DNA of 64,000 bases, from assembly GCA_009843735.1 (NCBI GenBank), contig VYCW01000102.1, forward strand, positions 59,137 to 123,136, written 5' to 3'. Below are positions 37,454-46,267 of this stretch, piece after piece; within the stretch, counting starts at the first letter, position 1; each line of letters opens with the position of its first letter. This stretch comes from Acidimicrobiaceae bacterium (GTDB lineage Bacteria; Actinomycetota; Acidimicrobiia; Acidimicrobiales; Aldehydirespiratoraceae). A model generated the notes under the pieces. The model saw only the letters and a list, made by a program, of their open reading frames with translations, ran no database searches and was not told the DNA's origin. The position numbers and the translations under genes are program-made.

Positions 37454-38419
37454 ATGGCCACCGAAGACCTGCTGGAGGCGCTGCGCCACCTGCCCGGCCA
37501 GGTGCGTGACGCCGCTGTCGCGGCAGCCGATGTGGAGGGCCTGCCGGCGGCGGGCGATGTCTCCGAGGTGGTGATCGTCGGCGCCGGCGGGGGAGGGGTG
37601 GCCGGTGACGTGGTCGAGTCGGTCGCTCACCTTCAGGGCTCGGTTCCGGTGCTGGCCACGGGCGGCATCAGCCCGGCCTGGCTCTCGGAGTCGTCCCTGG
37701 TGGTGGCCGTCTCGCAGTCGGGGGACGACCAGCCGACGGTGGCCGCGGCCCGGGTCGCGCAGGCCAGCGGGGCTCGCATGGTGGCGGTCACCTCCGGCGG
37801 GGAGCTGATGGAGCTGTGCACGGGCTGGGGCGTGCCCGTCACGAGGGTGGACCCGTTCGCCGGACCCGCCGCCGGGCTGGGTGTGGTCATCGTTCCGGTG
37901 CTCGTGCTGCTGGAGCGTGTCGGCGTCCTGTCCGGCATGAACCGGCTGATCTCCGACAGCGCGGAGCAGATCGAGGTCCGGCGAAGGCTCCTCGACGACG
38001 ACCCGGGGCCGGTGCAGGCGCTGGCCGACGGGGTTGCAGGCCGTATGGCCGCGGTCTGCGGGGCCGGCGGTGTCGGCAAGCACGCCGCTCGTCGCTGGGT
38101 CAACCGTCTCAACCGGGTCGGCGACGTGGCGTCGATGCGTCGCAACCTCCCGGCCGACGAGGCCGAGGCGGCGACATGGGCCACGCTGGCCAGGGGCATC
38201 CCGGCCGGGGTCGTCGCGGTAGTGCTGCGCCATGACTTCGAGCCTCCGGGACTGGCCGGCCGCGTCGATCTGCTCGGCTCGGCCGTGACGGCCCTCCACG
38301 AGGTGCGGGCCCAGGGTGAGGGAGCCCTGGCCCAGCTGCTGGACCTGGTGCTGGTGGGCGACGCGGTCGCCGCGCTGGCAGCCCAGCGTGGTACGGCGAC
38401 CTCACCTGACTCGTCCTGA
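37454..38419 (+). CDS. SIS-domain protein, phosphoglucose/phosphomannose isomerase-like
   Basis: VVIVGAGGGGVAG ... VVAVSQSGDD ... MVAVTSGG SIS-type motifs. It sits in the conserved position between pmm and manA. Confidence 0.75.
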   Translation: MATEDLLEALRHLPGQVRDAAVAAADVEGLPAAGDVSEVVIVGAGGGGVAGDVVESVAHLQGSVPVLATGGISPAWLSESSLVVAVSQSGDDQPTVAAARVAQASGARMVAVTSGGELMELCTGWGVPVTRVDPFAGPAAGLGVVIVPVLVLLERVGVLSGMNRLISDSAEQIEVRRRLLDDDPGPVQALADGVAGRMAAVCGAGGVGKHAARRWVNRLNRVGDVASMRRNLPADEAEAATWATLARGIPAGVVAVVLRHDFEPPGLAGRVDLLGSAVTALHEVRAQGEGALAQLLDLVLVGDAVAALAAQRGTATSPDSS

Positions 38420-38451
38420 CTGGGACGGGCTCGCATAGGGGTGGTCGCGCC

Positions 38452-39615
38452 GTGGAGCTGATCGAAGGCGTGGTCCGCAACTACGACTGGGGATCGCCCA
38501 CCGCCATTCCGGAGTTGCTCGGCCGCCCCGAGGACGGCGCGCCCTGGGCCGAGCTGTGGCTGGGCGCCCACCCGACGGCGCCGGCCAAGGTCGGGGTCCG
38601 AGCCGAGCCCCTCGACCGGCTGATCGCCGCCGACCCGGTGGCGGCACTCGGTGCCGAGGTGGCGTCCCGCTACGGCCGGCTGCCCTTCCTGCTCAAGGTG
38701 CTGGCCGCAGCCGAGCCTCTGTCGCTGCAGGCCCATCCCTCCGTAGGCGACGCTGCGACCGGATTCGAGCGGGAGGAGGCCCTGGGGATCCCCCTGGACG
38801 GGCCGCAGCGGATGTTCCGGGACCGCTCGGCGAAGCCCGAGTTGGTCTGCGCGCTGAGCGACTTCGAGGCGCTCTGCGGGTTCCGCGATCCGCGGCGGAC
38901 CGCTGCCCTGCTCGACACCCTCGACACGCCGGGCCTAGACCCGCTGCGGCACCGCCTCGGCGCACGGTCCGGTTCGGAGATGCGCGATGTGCTCGAATGG
39001 CTGCTCAGCCTCGACCGGTCCGCCGCGGCTGCGGTGGCCACCGCCGCGGCCGAAGTCTGCGCGGCCTCACACGACGACGATGAGTGGTCCGGACTCCGGG
39101 CCGCGGTGGCCGGGCTCGGGGCTCGCCACCCCGGTGACGCCGCGGTGGCGGTGGCGCTGCTGTTGAACCATGTGGTGCTCGCTCCCGGCGAGGCTCTGTT
39201 CCTGGGTGCCGGATGCCTCCACGCCTACCTGGGTGGTACCGCGGTGGAGCTGATGGCCGACTCCGACAACGTCGTGCGGGCCGGTCTGACCTCCAAGCAC
39301 GTCGACTCCGCCGCCCTGGTCGAGATCGTCGACGGTACGGCCGCCCCGGCCCAGGTGCAGCGGCCCGAACCGGTGGACGGTGTGACCACCTACCGCACGC
39401 CCGTGCCGGAGTTCTCTCTTCTGCGTGTGGATGTGGACGGGACGTCCTCGGTCGCGGCGGGGCCGTCGGTGCTGCTGTGCATCAGCGGCTGCGTCGAGGC
39501 CAACGGGCTGACGTTGGACCGCGGCGCCGCGGCCTGGCTGGCCGCCGGTGAGCCACGGGTGGCCCTACAGGGCCGGGGCACTGTGTTCTGCGCCACCGTC
39601 GGCAACCACCGGTAG
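38452..39615 (+). CDS. manA: Mannose-6-phosphate isomerase, class I
   Basis: GTG start. VRNYDWGS, WLGAHP, LPFLLKVLAA..PLSLQAHP and NVVRAGLT motifs. Confidence 0.9.
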   Translation: MELIEGVVRNYDWGSPTAIPELLGRPEDGAPWAELWLGAHPTAPAKVGVRAEPLDRLIAADPVAALGAEVASRYGRLPFLLKVLAAAEPLSLQAHPSVGDAATGFEREEALGIPLDGPQRMFRDRSAKPELVCALSDFEALCGFRDPRRTAALLDTLDTPGLDPLRHRLGARSGSEMRDVLEWLLSLDRSAAAAVATAAAEVCAASHDDDEWSGLRAAVAGLGARHPGDAAVAVALLLNHVVLAPGEALFLGAGCLHAYLGGTAVELMADSDNVVRAGLTSKHVDSAALVEIVDGTAAPAQVQRPEPVDGVTTYRTPVPEFSLLRVDVDGTSSVAAGPSVLLCISGCVEANGLTLDRGAAAWLAAGEPRVALQGRGTVFCATVGNHR

Positions 39616-39627
39616 CTTCAGGCTTCT

Positions 39628-41058
<1,431 letters not shown>

Positions 41059-41143
41059 CGGTACGACACCGCGCCGCGCCGCGATGCGGCGGCGCCTACC
41101 GGCACCGGTACCGTAATCCGGCAGCCTGCCGAAGGGAGCACAG

Positions 41144-42010
41144 ATGGCGGTCGAACGTGGGTGCTGGACGGCCCCTGAGGCGCTGAGCGCGGCCGATGTG
41201 GTCGAGTTCGCCAGGAGAGTCGAGGAACTCGGCTACTCGCAACTGTGGATCGGGGAGACGTTCGGGCGCGATCCGTTCGCGCTGGCCGCCCACCTTGGCG
41301 CGGTCACGTCGACGCTCGGGCTGGCCAGCGGCATCGCCAACGTCTACAACCGGCACGCCGGGGTGATGAAGCAGGGCGCCTACACCGTCGCCGAGCAGAC
41401 CGGCGGCCGGTTCACGCTGGGCCTCGGGGTCTCCAGCCCGGTGATCGTCTCCAAGATCCGCGGCATCCCCTATGACAGGCCGCTGTCGTTCATGCGGTCC
41501 TACCTCGACGCCATGGACGTGGCCCGCTACACATCGGTCCAGCCGCCGGAGCCGGTGCCGGTCGTGCTGGCCGCCCTCGGCCCGAGGATGCTGGAGCTGG
41601 CCGCGGAGCGCACCGACGGCGCCCACCCCTACAACACCACGCCTGAGCACACCGCCTTCGCCCGCTCGGTCATGGGTCCAGACGCCCAGCTGTGCGTGGA
41701 GCAGAAGGCGATGCTCACCACCGACGCCTCACAGGCCCGGGCCACCGGCGGCAACGTGATGAAGTTCTACACCCGGGCTCCCGGCTACCGGGACTGCTGG
41801 AAGCGGCTCGGCTTCGACGACGACGACATCGACGGCCTCTCGGACCGCTTCGTGGACGCCATGGTGGCCTGGGGCGACGTCGACGCCATCGAGCGCCGGC
41901 TGGCCGAGCACGCCGACGCCGGCGCCACCCAGGTGTGCATCCAGGTGCTGCACCCCTCCGCCGGCGCGGCCGCCGTCGACTACGACGCGCTGTCCGCCCT
42001 GGCGCCGTGA
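41144..42010 (+). CDS. LLM-class F420-dependent oxidoreductase
   Basis: Luciferase-like monooxygenase fold pattern: ELGYSQLWIGETFGRDPF, GLGVSSPVIV. Confidence 0.75.
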   Translation: MAVERGCWTAPEALSAADVVEFARRVEELGYSQLWIGETFGRDPFALAAHLGAVTSTLGLASGIANVYNRHAGVMKQGAYTVAEQTGGRFTLGLGVSSPVIVSKIRGIPYDRPLSFMRSYLDAMDVARYTSVQPPEPVPVVLAALGPRMLELAAERTDGAHPYNTTPEHTAFARSVMGPDAQLCVEQKAMLTTDASQARATGGNVMKFYTRAPGYRDCWKRLGFDDDDIDGLSDRFVDAMVAWGDVDAIERRLAEHADAGATQVCIQVLHPSAGAAAVDYDALSALAP

Positions 42011-42906
42011 AGGATCTAGCCGGCCGGGTGGCGGTGGTCACCGGCGGTGCCAGCGGCATGGGCCGGGGGATGGCCGAGCGCTTCGCGGCCGAGTCCATGC
42101 AGGTGGTGGTGACCGACATCGAGGAGCCGCCGCTGCACGAGACGGTGCAGTCCATCCGGGACGCCGGGGGAGAGGCGGTGGCGGTCACCTGCGACGTGTC
42201 CTCGTGGCCGTCGGTCGAGGCACTGCGCGACGCCTGCGTCGACGCCTACGGCCCCGCCGACGTGCTGTGCAACAACGCGGGCGTGGCCGCCACCGGCCCG
42301 ATCTCGGAACTCTCGCTCAAGTCGTGGGAGTGGTGCCTAGGGGTCAACCTGTGGGGCGTGATCCACGGCTGCCGGGCCTTCCTGCCGTCCATGATCGAGC
42401 GGGGCTCGGGCCACATCGTCAACACCGCTTCGGTGCTGGGCCATATCACCTCGGCCGGGATCGGCCCCTACAACGTCTCCAAGCACGGGGTGGTGGCGCT
42501 CAGCGAGACTCTGCACGCCGAGATGCTCGCCGACGGCACCGGGGTGGGGGTCACGTGCCTGTGCCCCGGGCTGGTGTCCACCAACATCCTGGACTCCGAG
42601 CGCAACCGGCCCGAGCACCTGCAGGACCAGCCCGGCGTGACCGGCCTGTGGGACTCCGACGCGGTGGCTGGCGGCCCGGAGTCCGAGATGCGGGCCGCGA
42701 TACGCGACCTGTACGCCCAGGCGCTGCGCCCGTCAGTAGTGGCCGACATGGTGGTGCGGGCCATCCGGGGCGGCGAGCTCTGGCTGTTCACCGACCACGA
42801 CTTCGATGGCGCCATCGCGGCCCGCCACCGCTCCATCGAGGACCGGAGCACACCCGACAGCGCTGCATCACTGGGCTCGGCCCTGCTCGAGGAACACGAC
42901 CCGTGA
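42007..42906 (+). CDS. SDR family oxidoreductase
   Basis: The GTG at 42007 overlaps the upstream TGA (42008-42010). VTGGASGMGRG, NNAGV and YNVSK motifs. Confidence 0.85.
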   Translation: MKDLAGRVAVVTGGASGMGRGMAERFAAESMQVVVTDIEEPPLHETVQSIRDAGGEAVAVTCDVSSWPSVEALRDACVDAYGPADVLCNNAGVAATGPISELSLKSWEWCLGVNLWGVIHGCRAFLPSMIERGSGHIVNTASVLGHITSAGIGPYNVSKHGVVALSETLHAEMLADGTGVGVTCLCPGLVSTNILDSERNRPEHLQDQPGVTGLWDSDAVAGGPESEMRAAIRDLYAQALRPSVVADMVVRAIRGGELWLFTDHDFDGAIAARHRSIEDRSTPDSAASLGSALLEEHDP

Positions 42907-42935
42907 GCTATCCCCGGGCGGGAGGGGGATAGCCG

Positions 42936-43949
42936 GTGAGAGTCCTGGTCACCGGCGCGACGGGCTTCGTCGGGTCCCACGCGGCCAAGGCTCTCCAGGA
43001 CGCCGGTCACAGCGTGAGGGCCCTGGTGCGGACACCGGCCAAGCTGGAGACGGTGACCGCCCGGGTGGGGGTCGACGTCTCGAAGGTGGAGGCGGTGCAG
43101 GGCGACATCCGCGACGCCGTCGCGGTCGAGGCCGCCGTCGACGGCTGCGACGCCGTCGTCCACGCCGCCGCGGTGGTGAGCATCGACCCCACCGCCGAGG
43201 CCGAAGTGTCCGGCACCAACTTCGCGGGCGCCCAGAACGTGCTGGACGCCGCGATCGGCGCGGGCTGCGACCCGGTGGTGCACGTCTCCACCGGGGAGGC
43301 CCTATTCCCGTTCCAGACCGATCCGGTGACCACCGACCATCCGGTGGGCAACGCCCGCGGGGCCTACGCCCGGTCCAAGGCCAAGTGCGAGCACCTGGCC
43401 CGGCGACACCAGTCCCAGGGGCATGGTGTGGTCATCGTCTATCCCGCGCTCACCATCGGCCCCGGCGACTACAACCAGTCGGTCCAGCTCCAGCCGATGA
43501 AGCTGTGGCTCACCAGGCCCCTTCCCCGGTCGGGCTACACCATGACGATGGTTGACGTGCGCGACGTGGCCGCGGTGATCGCGGCGTCCATGGAGGCCGG
43601 CCGCGGCCCGAGGCGCTACCTGCTGTTCGGCCACCACCTCACCGCCGACGAGCTGCTGTCGGAGTTGCACCAGGTGACCGGCCGGGATCTGAGGTCTCTG
43701 CCGATGCCCAAGGCACTGTTCTCGGCCTGGGGCCACCTCGGCGACCTGGCCCGCCGGTTCGACCTCGACCTGGTGCTCACCAGCGAGGCCGTGGACTACA
43801 TGTTCAACTACTGCGCCGGCGACAACTCCTTCACCGAGCACGACACCGGCATCAGGTTGCGCCCGTTCGCCGAGTCGCTGGCCGACACGATCGCCTGGAT
43901 GCGCGACGAGGGCCACGTCAGCGCGGCCCAAGCCGGGGCGGTGCCGTAG
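42936..43949 (+). CDS. NAD-dependent epimerase/dehydratase family protein (extended SDR), paralogue 1
   Basis: GTG start preceded by GGGAGGGGG. VLVTGATGFVGSH and YARSK motifs. Confidence 0.85.
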   Translation: MRVLVTGATGFVGSHAAKALQDAGHSVRALVRTPAKLETVTARVGVDVSKVEAVQGDIRDAVAVEAAVDGCDAVVHAAAVVSIDPTAEAEVSGTNFAGAQNVLDAAIGAGCDPVVHVSTGEALFPFQTDPVTTDHPVGNARGAYARSKAKCEHLARRHQSQGHGVVIVYPALTIGPGDYNQSVQLQPMKLWLTRPLPRSGYTMTMVDVRDVAAVIAASMEAGRGPRRYLLFGHHLTADELLSELHQVTGRDLRSLPMPKALFSAWGHLGDLARRFDLDLVLTSEAVDYMFNYCAGDNSFTEHDTGIRLRPFAESLADTIAWMRDEGHVSAAQAGAVP

Positions 43950-43981
43950 CAGCAGCGCGAGTACCTTCGGGAGGCAGAGCT

Positions 43982-44998
43982 ATGAAGATCCTGGTAACCG
44001 GCGCCACCGGATTCGTGGGGTCCCACGCGGCCAAGGCCCTCCAGGACGCCGGTCACAGCGTGAGGGTCCTGGTGCGGGCGCCGGCCAAGCTGGAGACGGT
44101 CACCGCCCGGGTGGGGGTCGACCTGGCCGCGCTGGAGACTGCGGAGGGTGACATCGCCGACGCCGAGGCGGTCACGGCCGCGGTCGAGGGCTGCGACGCG
44201 GTGGTGCACGCAGCCGCGGTGGTGGGGACCGACCCGAGCTCGGCGGCCGACATCGAGGCCAGCAACTTCGCGGGCGCCCTCAACGTGCTGGGCACCGCCG
44301 CCGACGCCGGCTGCGACCCGATCGTGCACGTGTCGAGCTCGGCGGCCCTGTTCCCGTACCAGACCGACCCGGTGACCGGTGACCATCCCGTGGGCGACTC
44401 CCCGATGCCGTACGCGCGGTCCAAGGCCGAGTCCGAGCGGCTGGCCCGGCGGTACCAGTCCCAGGGCCACGGTGTGGTCATCATCTACCCCGGCGGGGTG
44501 GTCGGCCCCGGCGACTACAACGAGTCGACCCAGTTCGAGCCGCTCAAGCTGTGGCTGACGAAGCCCTTCCTGCGCTCCTCGGGCTACTCGATCAACCACA
44601 TCGACGTGCGGGACGTGGCTGCGGTGATCGCGGCGTCGATGCAGCCCGGCCGCGGCCCCAAGCGCTACGTGATGTTCGGTCACCACCTCACCGCCGAGGA
44701 CCTGCTGTCGCTGCTGTGCGACGTCACCGGCCGCGACCTGAAGTCGGTGTCGATGCCTAAGGCGATGGTGGCATTCCTGGGCCGGGTCGGCGACCTGGCC
44801 CGCCGCTTCGGCCGCGACCTGATACTCACCTCCGAGGGCGTGGAGTACATGTACAACACCTGCGCCGGCGACAACTCCTTCACCGAGCACGACACCGGCG
44901 TCACCCTGCGCTCCGCGGCCGAGTCGCTGGCCGATTCCATCGCCTGGATGCGTGCCGAGGGCCACGTAACCCCCGCCGACGCCGGAGCGGTGCCCTAA
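43982..44998 (+). CDS. NAD-dependent epimerase/dehydratase family protein (extended SDR), paralogue 2
   Basis: ATG preceded by GGGAGG. Collinear with the previous gene along its whole length. Confidence 0.85.
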   Translation: MKILVTGATGFVGSHAAKALQDAGHSVRVLVRAPAKLETVTARVGVDLAALETAEGDIADAEAVTAAVEGCDAVVHAAAVVGTDPSSAADIEASNFAGALNVLGTAADAGCDPIVHVSSSAALFPYQTDPVTGDHPVGDSPMPYARSKAESERLARRYQSQGHGVVIIYPGGVVGPGDYNESTQFEPLKLWLTKPFLRSSGYSINHIDVRDVAAVIAASMQPGRGPKRYVMFGHHLTAEDLLSLLCDVTGRDLKSVSMPKAMVAFLGRVGDLARRFGRDLILTSEGVEYMYNTCAGDNSFTEHDTGVTLRSAAESLADSIAWMRAEGHVTPADAGAVP

Positions 44999-45013
44999 AG
45001 ACCCTGCAGCGGC

Positions 45014-45062
45014 TATTAATTTTCATTTATTTCTGAGCAATTTCGAATCCAGGCTGTATGGT
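45014..45062 (+). promoter_or_regulatory. AT-rich island with candidate -10 element for a leaderless comF-hpf-secA transcript
   Basis: 45014-45048 has only 7 G/C in 35 nt, in a genome of about 70% GC. TATGGT (TANNNT) lies at 45057-45062, 6 nt before the ATG at 45069. No Shine-Dalgarno sequence lies between them. Confidence 0.3.
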
Positions 45063-45068
45063 GCGGCG

Positions 45069-45602
45069 ATGCAGGGGCCGGTCATCGAAGGCGTCGACGA
45101 GATCTGGGCCGGGTGGTGCCATGAGGGTGCGGCGGCCGAGCTGGTGCGGTCCCTGAAGTACGGCCGGATCACCGCCACGGTGACCCCGATCGCCGACCGG
45201 ATGGCATCCGTGGCGGCCGCTGCGCAGGCCGCGGATGTGGTCACGTGGGTTCCGTGCAGCCCGGCGCGCCGGCGCCAGCGGGGCTTCGATCCGGCTGAGC
45301 TGCTGGCCCGGGCCCTGGCCCGCCGGCTGGGTCTGCGGGCCCACCGGTTGCTGCGCCGGCTCGACGACGAGCCCCAGACGGCCCGCACCCGCGAGGGTCG
45401 TATGGCCGGCCCCAGACTGGCCGACCGGCCGGGTCGGGTACGGGGCTCGGTGTTGGTCGTCGACGACGTGTGCACCACCGGATCGACGCTGCGGGTCGCG
45501 GCCGCGGCGCTCCGGGCCGGCGGCGCCACCGCAGTGGCGGCCGCGGTGGCCACGATGGCGCCCGAGGCACCGCGCCAGCCCGTCGCGCTACCAATACCAT
45601 GA
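45069..45602 (+). CDS. comF: ComF-family phosphoribosyltransferase-domain protein, N-terminally short
   Basis: RSLKYGR motif and PRT motif VLVVDDVCTTGST. At 177 aa it lacks the usual N-terminal Cys-rich segment. Confidence 0.75.
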   Translation: MQGPVIEGVDEIWAGWCHEGAAAELVRSLKYGRITATVTPIADRMASVAAAAQAADVVTWVPCSPARRRQRGFDPAELLARALARRLGLRAHRLLRRLDDEPQTARTREGRMAGPRLADRPGRVRGSVLVVDDVCTTGSTLRVAAAALRAGGATAVAAAVATMAPEAPRQPVALPIP

Positions 45603-45635
45603 GGGCGCATCGACGTTGAATCGACTCCAGAGAGG

Positions 45636-46247
45636 TTGGACGTGGAGATCTCCATCAGCAGCCGCCACAAGGACATCACGCCGGGCCTCGAGGAGGCCGT
45701 GCGAACCAAGATCGGGCAGCTCGACCGCTACCTCGACGATCTCGACAGCGCCGAGGTCCACTTCGACGAGGCCCGCAATCCTCGCATCGTCGACCGGGAG
45801 ACCTGCGAGGTGACGCTCACCGGGCACGGCCACCGTCTGCGCTGCAAGGTGCACGCCCCCGACGCGTTCACCGCCGTCGATCTCGCCGAGGCCAAGCTGG
45901 AGCGCCAGATCCGCAAGCTGCGGACCAAGCTCCAGAACCGCCATCGCGGCCGCGGCGACACCATCCGCACCGGCGCCGCGTCCGACCCGCAGCCGGCCGT
46001 GGCCGCGGCCTCCGCCGACGGCTCCGGCGGCGTCGACGGGGTCGAGCCGATCGACGACGAGCCGGAGCTGCAGATCGTCAAGACCAAGCGGTTCCACCTC
46101 GGCCCCCTGACTCCCCCGGAGGCCGCGCTGAAGATGGACCTGATGGGCCACGGCTTCTTCTTCTTCATCAACTCGGCCACGGGGCGCTCCGCGGTGGTGT
46201 ACCGGCGCGACGATGGTGCCGTGGGCCTCATCGACGAGGCCGATTGA
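45636..46247 (+). CDS. hpf: Ribosome hibernation-promoting factor, long form
   Basis: N-terminal S30AE/YfiA-like domain plus the C-terminal dimerisation domain (KTKRFHLGPLTPPEAALKMDLMGHGFFFF). Start is TTG 45636 or GTG 45642. Confidence 0.85.
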   Translation: MDVEISISSRHKDITPGLEEAVRTKIGQLDRYLDDLDSAEVHFDEARNPRIVDRETCEVTLTGHGHRLRCKVHAPDAFTAVDLAEAKLERQIRKLRTKLQNRHRGRGDTIRTGAASDPQPAVAAASADGSGGVDGVEPIDDEPELQIVKTKRFHLGPLTPPEAALKMDLMGHGFFFFINSATGRSAVVYRRDDGAVGLIDEAD

Positions 46248-46267
46248 GGGAAGCGCGGTCACCGCCG

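Noticed and set aside
39616-39627. Possible SAH riboswitch upstream of ahcY.
   Set aside because: The manA-ahcY gap is only 12 nt, so there is no room for a structured leader. ahcY is evidently co-transcribed with manA.
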